A stretch of 64,000 nucleotides of DNA from Myxococcales bacterium (GTDB lineage Bacteria > Myxococcota > UBA727 > JABDBI01): contig JAHFEF010000009.1 of NCBI GenBank assembly GCA_023248545.1, positions 8,078-72,077 of the forward strand, in the 5' to 3' direction. The notes below the pieces were generated by a model, which worked only from the letters and a program-made list of their open reading frames with translations, did not search any database and was not told where the DNA came from. The position numbers and the translations under genes are program-made. Below, piece after piece: positions 55,411 to 64,000 of the stretch (position 1 is its first letter; every line of letters starts with the position of its first letter).

Positions 55411-57714
55411 CTAGGTGCAAGAAGAACAACCCGATAATGGACTGCCCAATTGCATAATGTCACTGACAAAGGCGTCGATAGGGGCCCCTGTTGAAAACGA
55501 ATCACCGTCTTCTCCTTGAAGTTCGGCCTGGCTCAGGTAAGGGAACCCACCATTATGGTTGTTGCCACTCACCACGGTACCAATCCAAGACTGTGTAATT
55601 CCTACCACAGCCGCATGTGTTCGAGGGCACCTGCAACCCGGAGAACCTGTTCCGGCCATGCTAAATTGAACCAGAGCGGTCCCAAGCTCACGTAAATTTC
55701 TGCTTCCAAAAGCACTCGAAGAATACGGCGCCGACGCGGTCGTAGTCGTAGCGCTGCTCAAACAGGTTGTGTAATCGATGGTTGGACCTGAAGCCCCTAA
55801 TGCAAATTTGCTGACGAAAGCGTTTGTGCCCCCTGAGCGACACGCACCAAATCCGGCCGTCGCTCCGCTGCCTTGCGTCAAGTTACTTGTGGAGATAAAC
55901 CCAGCCGGGCTGGTCAAACCCGTGATATAAAGATTTTCGCTACTGTCGACAGCCGAGCTATTGAAGTTGTATTGAAGATCGTCACCTGCCCCACCCAAAT
56001 AGTTGCCATTTGCTAAGACCAATGCAAAAGAACCGTTCAACGTCGCACTAAATTTTGCAGCAAAAACATCTAACCCTCCCGCCCTGGACCCCCCGAAGCC
56101 AGTCATGTTGACATTCGTGGTCCCTGTAACGATGAAATCCGCACTGCTGGCCCCATTTTTGAAGCCGCCCAATGTCTGAACACTGCCGGCACTCGCAGAG
56201 GCTGGGATCGTCGTAATCCAATTGGTTGTTGTGTTGGCTGTAGGCAACGTTCCCGTACTGCTAAGCCGAGCGACAAAAACATTTTGCGTGCCCGCAAGGG
56301 TAAATGGAGAAGTTGTCATGAGCACACCGCTATTCTTCCAAGTACTACCGCTGGAGCGAGTGAGACCAGCAATGATTGGATTGTTTGAGGCATCCAGTAT
56401 AATCGCCTGTCCAAGATCCTGACCCGTGCCACCAAACTCCTTCAGCGCAATTGACACCGTTCCTGTTGAACTCAGTTTGGCAAAAAATGCATTACCGCGA
56501 GAGTCAGTCTGAGTGGTGGTCCCTACTAGATCGACACAGGGACTTCCGGCGGTAGTGCACGTCGCTGAAGCAGTATCCAAGACAAGGTTCGCACCCTGCT
56601 CAAAGCTGCCAGTAGTGCCCGCGATGAAAGTTCCATAGGCCAACGAATATTTATTGACCGAATTCCGGGCCAATTTTGCAACAAAAGCATCCGCGCCATC
56701 CGCTGCATTCCCCCCTGGAAAATCACTCGATGTTGAGTAGCCGGTCACATAGATATTTCTCGATGAGTCCGTAACGACAGCGTTGATAACATCAGTCCCT
56801 AACCCACCTAAAAACACGGAGTAGTTGACTGTGGTGAAGTCTGCCGTGCCAATGGTCACAAAGCCATCCGCCGTTCCACTAAGCGTGCTGTCCTGATAAC
56901 TGGATGCACCGTTGAAGGCGGTAAAGAAATTCGAAGATTTTGTGTAGCCAACTACGACAAGGGCATCCACTGAACCCGAGGAAGTCGTGGTGGTAATCCC
57001 CAACGGAACTTCCGTGCTGTTACCGTCTAAGTAGCTGGAACTATTCAACTGAGCCACCGGGTCGACCACCAACTCTTTGCTCTCATCGTAAGCACCCAAT
57101 TTAAAGCCAACCTGACGCTTCCCCAACATTCGGTAAGCGCTCCGAACCTCAGTTCTGCCATTTTCGGCGGTCTGGTATGAAATCGGCTTTTTGAGCGTGA
57201 TCTGACCCCCAGTTGACTGGATGACCAGATTGCCTTCGGCGTTCAATCGAACACTTTTCTGGCCCTTCAGGACCATTTTCATCTGGCTAGGATCGGCACC
57301 CGGAGCCACAATCAAGTCATACTCAAGGGTCTTACCGCTGGGGTGATAGATAACATCAATTCCCGGGTAGATGTCCTTGTAGACCACATGCCCATAATGT
57401 CTAACGCCTTCTGCCCAAAAGGTAGGATTGCCCACATAATAGGCACTTTCGCCCCCAGTCGCATGGGTGCCATACACTGTTGGGTTCTTATTGGCGTTTT
57501 TGAAACTGATCTGAAGCCCTGTGTCAAATGCCAGGCCTTCCCGAGTGAAATTCAGTAACCCGGTGTCTGAGCCCCGACCGACAAACAGGACCTGCTCAGG
57601 CCACTGGCCCAAGTTTTCCTCGAATCTCATAGGAAACGAAGGAGCGGCTCCGCCCCTGCCGGCAAAAGATAGGTTGACAAACAACACCACAGCTACAGCT
57701 AAGAGCAGCCGCAT
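55411..57714 (-). CDS. Secreted beta-propeller (SBBP-like repeat) surface protein
   Basis: Signal peptide, FEENLGQW...YPGID....EYDL.V.PGADP...LVVDP N-domain, then repeats D.S.NIYVTG...S.DFP and DAFVAK. Confidence 0.85.
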   Translation of the reverse strand: MRLLLAVAVVLFVNLSFAGRGGAAPSFPMRFEENLGQWPEQVLFVGRGSDTGLLNFTREGLAFDTGLQISFKNANKNPTVYGTHATGGESAYYVGNPTFWAEGVRHYGHVVYKDIYPGIDVIYHPSGKTLEYDLIVAPGADPSQMKMVLKGQKSVRLNAEGNLVIQSTGGQITLKKPISYQTAENGRTEVRSAYRMLGKRQVGFKLGAYDESKELVVDPVAQLNSSSYLDGNSTEVPLGITTTTSSGSVDALVVVGYTKSSNFFTAFNGASSYQDSTLSGTADGFVTIGTADFTTVNYSVFLGGLGTDVINAVVTDSSRNIYVTGYSTSSDFPGGNAADGADAFVAKLARNSVNKYSLAYGTFIAGTTGSFEQGANLVLDTASATCTTAGSPCVDLVGTTTQTDSRGNAFFAKLSSTGTVSIALKEFGGTGQDLGQAIILDASNNPIIAGLTRSSGSTWKNSGVLMTTSPFTLAGTQNVFVARLSSTGTLPTANTTTNWITTIPASASAGSVQTLGGFKNGASSADFIVTGTTNVNMTGFGGSRAGGLDVFAAKFSATLNGSFALVLANGNYLGGAGDDLQYNFNSSAVDSSENLYITGLTSPAGFISTSNLTQGSGATAGFGACRSGGTNAFVSKFALGASGPTIDYTTCLSSATTTTASAPYSSSAFGSRNLRELGTALVQFSMAGTGSPGCRCPRTHAAVVGITQSWIGTVVSGNNHNGGFPYLSQAELQGEDGDSFSTGAPIDAFVSDIMQLGSPLSGCSSCT

Positions 57715-57779
57715 AGGACCTCCCCACTTTCTTGATAGGCCTATATAATGACTCTAATAGTGCTTTGCCAAAATGCTAT

Positions 57780-59972
57780 TTATGATGCTGGCATCAGCTG
57801 TTCAAACCGTTCTGGATCATGCGCCCGAGCCTGCTTGAGCAAGCGCATGAGACAGAGGCCCCGATCAGACTCGTCCAAATCAACTATATAGACAGCCTGT
57901 TTCGCACGGGTCAGCGCGACATAGAGCAATCGGGGCAACTCGGCTTCAGACTTCGCACGCGCTTTTTGGCGCACGGCGTCTATGGGCGCTGGAAATCGTT
58001 TTTTCTCTTCCGAGCTTTGGGGGGCACACAGCGCCAGCGCTCTATTTTTATGCGACACAGCCAAACCCAAATCGGGGTCAAATGCCATGAAATCTGAGTC
58101 ACTGGGCTGCGTACTCGCCAAGTCAGCCAGCACAACTGCCTGAAATTCAAGGCCTTTCGACTGGTGCATGGTCATTATAACCACTGAATCTTCCTGGCCA
58201 TCCAACGGCTCGGCCAGGCTTTCCTTGGGCTGGCTGTCTAGTTTTTCCCAAAGGTCCCGAATCTTAGCCTCATAGTCTTCGATTACATCCACCAAGTGCA
58301 TGCGCAGCTTGAAGACATTTGCCAGGCGTTGATCCGCGTCAGGCTCTTGCGCCATGGCCTGGGCATAGTTACCCTCCAGCAAAAGCCGATCTATCAGCTC
58401 AGCCACGCTGGATTTGCCCAAGCAAGCCCGCAAGTCGTCAAATAACTGGGGCAATGGCTGCTGCCAATCTAACAGCGCTGAATCGGGCAAGTTTAACAGA
58501 GGCGATCTCAGAAGTGTCAACCGAGCCAATGGGTGCTCCGGGGCAATCAAAACAAACAGCGCTGCAGCGATGTCGCAGATCTCTTGGCACGCATAAAAAC
58601 CTTCGCCGCCATAGATTCTCGCTGGCACACCCAAGGCTAATAATTCACGCACCATCGGCGCGGCTGATTTAATACGCCGCACCAATATGACTATTTCTTG
58701 AGGTTTAAAATGCTTGGAGTCGATCAGTTGCTTCAGCGAAGAAGCCCAGTCCGCTTTCCAAATGGCCCCAGCTTGACCTTGATGTTCATGCAAAGCTTCG
58801 AGAGCTTCTGTCTGGTTAAACCCCGGCATGCTCGCATGCGCCACCAAGTTCACCAGATCTATGATGGCCCCTTGTGAACGCCGTGACAGTGTCAAACTTT
58901 CGCGTTTACCCACAACACGATCAAATACACTCGCGTCTGCGCCTCGAAACCCATAAATGCTCTGTTTGGGATCACCGACGACAAAAAGCTCCGTCTCACG
59001 TGAAAGCAATTGAACTAATTGCTCTTGAATCGGGCTCGTGTCTTGATACTCGTCAACCAATATGCACTTAAATCGGCTCTGTTGCGTCGACAAGATTTTT
59101 TTGGCCATGACCAGTAGATCGCCAAAGCCAAAGCAGCGATTGTCTTGTTTATAAGCGTCAAGTTTGTGCGCGTAGCCTATCAGCAAGTCTCGCAACACGC
59201 GCGCATCTGGTGCCGTGAATATTGCACATAAAAAAGACCCCAGAGCGACGACAGAATCCACTAATCTTCCACGGTGCTCGTCGTTGCCAAACCGGCCAAT
59301 TAAACTCGCCCGCAGGTCTCGAAACGCCGAGGATATCGCTACCTCGTCATGGCGAGCGCAAGCATGCAGTTTGGAAAACGCTTCACCAAATGCCACTAAT
59401 TTTTCTTGTGCGGATGGCGACAGCCCAGAGCTCTTTTGAAAGCTGTCATAAGCCTTAGAAATAGCTTCCAAATAATCATCGAATCTTGGCTCTGCCTCCT
59501 CGCCATGATAAATATCGGCCGGTTCCTGGCCAGCCTCACGAATATCCTGCAACAAAGCCACCAAGGCTTCAGCCAAGCTGAATACCTGAAAACGTGCGAC
59601 CAGAGGCCCAACTTCGTGTTCTCTGGCCTCTAAAGCTTCTAAAATCGCTTCTTCGGCTATTTTGAGGCAAAGCTGGTCATCATCCGCCGGCGAGTGTAGC
59701 GTAAACTCCCCGAAGTCATCCCCGACAATCTGGGCACACAATGCATGAAACGTGCAAATCGGGGCAGATAATAAACCCCGAGCCGACAACCCAGATTCCT
59801 GAACTTTTGAGATCACACGTGCCCGCATTTCGGCCGCGGCTTTTTGGGTAAAAGTAATGGCCAATATTTCGAAAGGCTTATATTTTTTGAGGCTTTCTAA
59901 ATAAGCTTGGACCAGCGTGTAAGTCTTGCCCGTCCCTGCCCCGGCAACGACAATGCGATTTAAATCGCTCAT
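57780..59972 (-). CDS. UvrD/AddA-like superfamily 1 helicase
   Basis: AGAGTGKT, AITFTQKAA.EM, TFHA, VDEYQDT, VGDPKQSIYGFRGAD, MTMHQSKGLEF, RLLYVALTRAK. Confidence 0.9.
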   Translation of the reverse strand: MSDLNRIVVAGAGTGKTYTLVQAYLESLKKYKPFEILAITFTQKAAAEMRARVISKVQESGLSARGLLSAPICTFHALCAQIVGDDFGEFTLHSPADDDQLCLKIAEEAILEALEAREHEVGPLVARFQVFSLAEALVALLQDIREAGQEPADIYHGEEAEPRFDDYLEAISKAYDSFQKSSGLSPSAQEKLVAFGEAFSKLHACARHDEVAISSAFRDLRASLIGRFGNDEHRGRLVDSVVALGSFLCAIFTAPDARVLRDLLIGYAHKLDAYKQDNRCFGFGDLLVMAKKILSTQQSRFKCILVDEYQDTSPIQEQLVQLLSRETELFVVGDPKQSIYGFRGADASVFDRVVGKRESLTLSRRSQGAIIDLVNLVAHASMPGFNQTEALEALHEHQGQAGAIWKADWASSLKQLIDSKHFKPQEIVILVRRIKSAAPMVRELLALGVPARIYGGEGFYACQEICDIAAALFVLIAPEHPLARLTLLRSPLLNLPDSALLDWQQPLPQLFDDLRACLGKSSVAELIDRLLLEGNYAQAMAQEPDADQRLANVFKLRMHLVDVIEDYEAKIRDLWEKLDSQPKESLAEPLDGQEDSVVIMTMHQSKGLEFQAVVLADLASTQPSDSDFMAFDPDLGLAVSHKNRALALCAPQSSEEKKRFPAPIDAVRQKARAKSEAELPRLLYVALTRAKQAVYIVDLDESDRGLCLMRLLKQARAHDPERFEQLMPAS

Positions 59973-60412
59973 TTTGAAACGAGAATTACCCCGGCCAGAG
60001 CAATCACAGCACCGGTAATTTTAGTGGCTGTGAGCGGCATGTTATCCACCAAATTATCCCACAGCATCGAGGCAACCACTTGAGCGGTCACGAAAATAAT
60101 AAATACGGCCAGCGCTCCAATTTGATTCATGCAATAGGGCAAACCAGCAATGACGGCGAAGCCGAACAAACCCGGCAATAAGTGCCATAGCTTGAACTCA
60201 AACGCGACGCCGGAGCCTGCCAAAAAAACACCGAATCGACCCGGCAGATAAACCACAGCTAAAAATAATGCCCCGGCAGCCAGCAAAATCATCACGGCGT
60301 TGATCATCAAAACGCTTGCTAAACCGTATTGCTGGCCGACTTGCTTATTCAGCGCAATTTGCAAAACACTCATGAAACCGATGGCGATGGGGGCAAGAAA
60401 GTAAAAAAGCAT
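59969..60412 (-). CDS. DMT family (YdcZ-like) transporter
   Basis: LQ.ALN, W..L.G..G, AQ...S..WD, five TM helices. Confidence 0.8.
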   Translation of the reverse strand: MLFYFLAPIAIGFMSVLQIALNKQVGQQYGLASVLMINAVMILLAAGALFLAVVYLPGRFGVFLAGSGVAFEFKLWHLLPGLFGFAVIAGLPYCMNQIGALAVFIIFVTAQVVASMLWDNLVDNMPLTATKITGAVIALAGVILVSK

Positions 60413-60452
60413 GCCAGCTTGCTAAATAACTCTAGGAATATTAGCAAGGGAT

Positions 60453-60885
60453 GTGGTCAAAATCTATACAGACGGCTCTTGCCTTAAAAATCCTGGCCCA
60501 GGCGGCTGGGCAGCGCTCTTGGTACTGGGTCAAACCGAAAAACTCATCTCCGGTGGCCAAAAAGACACCACCAACAACCAAATGGAACTCAAAGCCGCCA
60601 TCGAAGGCCTCAAAGCCCTGAAACGCCCTTGCGAAGTTCGACTCTACGCCGATAGCCAATATGTGGTGAAGGGCATGAAGCACTGGGTTTCTGACTGGCA
60701 AAAAACGCCATTGGAAGACTTCCAGCAACAAGCCCGTCGCCAACCAAGAATTCTGGCAAGAATTGGTCGAAGCGGCCAAGCCTCACCAAATCACGTGGCA
60801 CTGGGTCAAGGCCCATGCGGGCCACCCTGAAAATGAGCGCGTCGATCAAGCCGCCCTGGCTGAAGCGATCAAGCAATCAAGCTAA
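60453..60885 (+). pseudogene. rnhA: Ribonuclease HI, frameshifted as sequenced
   Basis: [27 protein letters not shown] in one frame; [28 protein letters not shown] in the next frame; switch at the A6 run 60700-60705. Confidence 0.85.
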
Positions 60886-60929
60886 AACTTGACTTTCTTA
60901 TCGAATATTTGGTAGTTTGGAGGTGAAGT

Positions 60930-61220
60930 ATGTTACCTAAAAATCGTGCACCGACCCATCCAGGGGAAATGCTCCAAAAAGAATTTCTGGAACCGATGGG
61001 AATTTCTCAAAAAGAATTTGCCCAGCATTTGGGTTGGACCCCGGCTCGCTTAAATGAAATCATCCATGCTAAGAGAGGGATTACGAGTGATTCTGCTTTG
61101 TCCATCGGGGATGCCTTCAAAATGGAACCCGAATTCTGGCTTAACCTGCAAAAAAATTGGGAACTTTGGCATGCAAAACAGAATCATCATACCGTTGAAC
61201 CCATTCGAATGGCTGCCTAA
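60930..61220 (+). CDS. HigA/VapI family HTH antitoxin (no adjacent toxin)
   Basis: PTHPGEML..EFLEPMG, RLNEII..KRGIT, EFWLNLQ; GGAGG SD. Confidence 0.88.
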   Translation: MLPKNRAPTHPGEMLQKEFLEPMGISQKEFAQHLGWTPARLNEIIHAKRGITSDSALSIGDAFKMEPEFWLNLQKNWELWHAKQNHHTVEPIRMAA

Positions 61221-61625
61221 TTGACCTACTATTTTATCGGCGTGGGCAGCTCACACCCCAACGGCAGTAATTATATCGACAGAGCTTATTTCGAACTCGA
61301 ACGCTCAAAGCAAGTACAAGTGCTGGCAAAAAGTCCCTATTATCCCAATCCAGCCTTTGGCGGACAAACTCTGTTTGGTTTTACCAACGCCGCTTTTAAA
61401 ATTGAAACCTGCTTACACCCAGACGCCCTCTGGTTTTTGTTGCTCAGCGTCGAGATCAAACTAGGCCGTGTGCGGACCATTAAAAATGGCCCAAGAACAA
61501 TCGATTTAGATATTCTGTGGTCCAGCGCTGGACCTATTCAAACGCCTGATGTTCAAATCCCCCACCCAGAATTCCTGAAACGACCCTTTGCGTTAAAACC
61601 AGCCGGTGATATAGGCTTTCGATGA
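61221..61625 (+). CDS. folK: 2-amino-4-hydroxy-6-hydroxymethyldihydropteridine diphosphokinase
   Basis: [29 protein letters not shown]...R.F.L.P. Confidence 0.88.
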   Translation: MTYYFIGVGSSHPNGSNYIDRAYFELERSKQVQVLAKSPYYPNPAFGGQTLFGFTNAAFKIETCLHPDALWFLLLSVEIKLGRVRTIKNGPRTIDLDILWSSAGPIQTPDVQIPHPEFLKRPFALKPAGDIGFR

Positions 61626-62701
61626 CCAAAAATATCACCCAAAAAGATGACCCAAACAACAAAGAACGTTTAAAATCTCTCGAACTCGCCGTGGCTAATA
61701 TTGAAAAGCAATTCGGCAAAGGCTCCATCATGCGCTTGGGCATGGATGAACCCCTCGTCGCTGACATCGAAGCGATTTCAACCGGTTCACTGGGCCTGGA
61801 CATGGCGCTAGGGATTGGCGGGTACCCACGAGGCCGCGTGGTTGAAATCTACGGCCCAGAATCCAGCGGTAAGACCACACTCACCCTCCATGCCATTGCA
61901 GAAGTCCAGAAAAAAGGCGGCACGGCTGCTTTTATTGACGCCGAACATGCCCTCGATGTCACCTACGCACGCAAACTCGGTGTTAGAACTGAAGACTTGT
62001 TAATCTCTCAACCAGACACCGGCGAACAAGCACTTGAGATCGCCGACATGCTGGTACGTTCGGGTGCGGTTGACTTAGTAATCGTCGACTCCGTCGCAGC
62101 GCTCGTACCAAAAGCTGAAATCGAAGGCGAAATGGGCGACTCGCACATGGGCTTGCAGGCCAGACTCATGAGCCAAGCTTTACGTAAACTCACGGGAACG
62201 ATTTCAAAAAGCGGCACGACGATTATTTTTATTAATCAGCTGCGTATGAAAATCGGCGTCATGTTCGGAAGCCCCGAAACAACCACCGGGGGTAATGCAC
62301 TTAAATTTTACGCCTCGATCAGGCTCGATATCCGTCGACTGGCTGCGATCAAGAATGGCGAGCAAGTAATTGGCAATCGAACACGTGTCAAAGTCGTTAA
62401 AAACAAAGTTGCACCCCCGTTTAGAGAAGTCGAGTTTGATATTCTCTATGGCCAAGGCGTGCAGAAAGACGGAGAGTTAATTGACATCGGTGTTGACCTG
62501 GGAATCATTGAAAAGAGCGGCTCGTGGCTCAGCTACGCGGGTCAAAAAATCGGACAGGGCCGCGATAATGCCAAACAATATTTCACCGAGAACCCACAGA
62601 TTCTCGCTGAAATCGAAGCGAAAATTCGGGCTCAAAATAACGCTCCTGTCATAACCAAACCGGTTATTAACGCCACTCCCTTTGTGGAAGCGATGGCTTA
62701 A
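61622..62701 (+). CDS. recA: Recombinase RecA
   Basis: [60 protein letters not shown]. Confidence 0.99.
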   Translation: MTKNITQKDDPNNKERLKSLELAVANIEKQFGKGSIMRLGMDEPLVADIEAISTGSLGLDMALGIGGYPRGRVVEIYGPESSGKTTLTLHAIAEVQKKGGTAAFIDAEHALDVTYARKLGVRTEDLLISQPDTGEQALEIADMLVRSGAVDLVIVDSVAALVPKAEIEGEMGDSHMGLQARLMSQALRKLTGTISKSGTTIIFINQLRMKIGVMFGSPETTTGGNALKFYASIRLDIRRLAAIKNGEQVIGNRTRVKVVKNKVAPPFREVEFDILYGQGVQKDGELIDIGVDLGIIEKSGSWLSYAGQKIGQGRDNAKQYFTENPQILAEIEAKIRAQNNAPVITKPVINATPFVEAMA

Positions 62702-63471
62702 TGCTGATTTACTCATGGAACGTAAACGGCATCCGTGCAGCGGCCAACAAAGGTTTTCTAGATTGGTTGAAGCAATCGAACGGCGATGTGATTGGTCTAC
62801 AAGAAGTCCGTGCGTTTCCTGAGCAAATTGCCCCTGAGGTGCGTGAGCCCCAGGGGTATTTTTCACACTTTTACCCAGCAAAACGCCCGGGTTACAGCGG
62901 CGTGGGTTTATACAGTCGTCAAAAACCGGACGAGCTAGAAACTTCGCTCGGCGTAACGGCTTATGATGAAGAAGGCCGCGTTCAGATCGCCCGTTTTGGG
63001 CGATTATATATTGCCAATATTTATTTCCCGAACGGCCAAGGAAAAGACAACGATAACAGCCGGATTCCGTTTAAATTAGCTTTTTACAAAAAGCTTTTTG
63101 ATAAACTGGGTGCTTTAAATAAAGCTGGCGAACAAGTATTGGTGATGGGCGATTTTAATACCGCGCACACCGAGATAGATATTGCCAGACCCAAAGAAAA
63201 TATTGGAACCAGCGGATTTACACCAGAAGAACGTGCAGAATTGACCCGAGTGTTAGCACAAGGCTGGACAGATACTTTCAGGCAATTTGAGCAGGGCCCT
63301 GGATTTTATTCGTGGTGGAGCCAACGGGGCGGTGCGCGTTCTCGCAATGTCGGCTGGAGAATCGACTATGTGCTGGCCTCCAAAGCTGTGCTGCCGCGCA
63401 TCAAAAACGCCTTTATTCATCCGCATGTCATGGGATCAGATCATTGCCCGGTCGGTGTGGAGCTGAATTAA
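62701..63471 (+). CDS. xth: Exodeoxyribonuclease III / AP endonuclease
   Basis: SWNVNGIRA, LQE, GYSGV, YFPNG, GDFNTAH, WRIDY, SDHCPV. Confidence 0.94.
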   Translation: MLIYSWNVNGIRAAANKGFLDWLKQSNGDVIGLQEVRAFPEQIAPEVREPQGYFSHFYPAKRPGYSGVGLYSRQKPDELETSLGVTAYDEEGRVQIARFGRLYIANIYFPNGQGKDNDNSRIPFKLAFYKKLFDKLGALNKAGEQVLVMGDFNTAHTEIDIARPKENIGTSGFTPEERAELTRVLAQGWTDTFRQFEQGPGFYSWWSQRGGARSRNVGWRIDYVLASKAVLPRIKNAFIHPHVMGSDHCPVGVELN

Positions 63472-63599
63472 AAACCTCACCCCCTAACCCCCTCTCCAGC
63501 AACTGGAGAGGGGGAACGAAGGAAACGAAATTTAATTAATTTTTCCTTCATCCAGTTTCCCCTCTCCACTGGGTGGAGAGGGGTTAGGGGTGAGGTTTT
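63471..63599. repeat. REP-like palindromic doublet, second copy
   Basis: AAAACCTCACCCCTAACCCCCTCTCCAGCAACTGGAGAGGGGG ... CCCCTCTCCACTGGGTGGAGAGGGGTTAGGGGTGAGGTTTT. Confidence 0.85.
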
Positions 63600-64000
63600 G
63601 GATTCAGCAGCTCTCTTATGCCGAGCATCAGATCGCGCGCTATGAGTCCGCGCTCAAAACCCTGCGCCGCTTTCTCTCCGGCCGTTGTATGCACCCACAC
63701 GCCCAGTGTTGCTGCGTCTTCCAACGATAGTTTTTGGGCCACCAGCGCGGCGATCACGCCGGTTAAGACATCGCCCATCCCAGCGGTTGCCATGGCCGGG
63801 TTGCCACCGGCGCCTTTCAAAACAATTACACCATGATACTGGGCCTGAAGCTTCTGAATCGCAGCCGGTCTATCTTGTTGAATCTCTTGCGCCGAACAAT
63901 CTAACAACCGACCAGCTTCGCCTGGGTGTGGCGTCAGAATCCAATTGGATCGCCGGTGATGTTTAAGCGCCAATAAATTAAGCGCATCGGCATCGACGAC
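63584..64000 (-). CDS. nnrD: NAD(P)H-hydrate dehydratase C-terminal part (5' end off the window)
   Basis: VVDADALNLL, ILTPHPGEAGRLL, VLKG, GNPAMATAGMGDVLTG, GVWVH..AG. Confidence 0.9.
   Translation of the reverse strand, partial: VVDADALNLLALKHHRRSNWILTPHPGEAGRLLDCSAQEIQQDRPAAIQKLQAQYHGVIVLKGAGGNPAMATAGMGDVLTGVIAALVAQKLSLEDAATLGVWVHTTAGEKAAQGFERGLIARDLMLGIRELLNPKPHP

Noticed and set aside
1-64000. tRNA, rRNA, riboswitch, IS or prophage genes, and the many short overlapping ORFs in the track
   Set aside because: Intergenic gaps are mostly under 100 nt and none showed such signatures by eye (a covariance-model scan would be needed to exclude small RNAs); the short ORFs overlap well-supported genes and lack motifs

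Overview
Gene-dense 64 kb of bacterial chromosome. It is probably from a Myxococcota/deltaproteobacterial lineage (inferred from the gspC-N operon layout, the two-gene RdgC pair, xerD-M50-scpAB-rluB synteny and a MYXO-CTERM-like tail). Housekeeping genes include proS (partial), a Lon-family protease, tsaD, hutU, pgsA-like, rluB, scpAB, xerD, xerC, amiC, rlmD-like, rlmB, yqgE, an AddA-like helicase, a frameshifted rnhA, folK, recA, xth and nnrD (partial). There is a complete type II secretion operon (7.5-20.3 kb) and a second, MSHA-like type IV filament locus (42.1-52.8 kb), followed by three large secreted repeat proteins. The window also has two adjacent toxin-antitoxin modules (HipA/HTH and MazEF-like), an orphan HigA and two REP-doublet palindromes. 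The most striking item is a secreted protein (33332-34144) with the architecture of a eukaryotic Hedgehog/Hog precursor: signal peptide, 64-aa four-cysteine domain, Hint domain and a sterol-recognition-like tail. Other notable observations are an ankyrin protein with a possible E3-ligase-like cysteine domain, a 156-bp duplicated bidirectional promoter bracketing an orphan gene, many apparently leaderless transcripts, and recurrent in-frame loop deletions in conserved proteins. No tRNA, rRNA, CRISPR array or transposase was recognised. All calls come from motif recognition by eye; no database searches were run.
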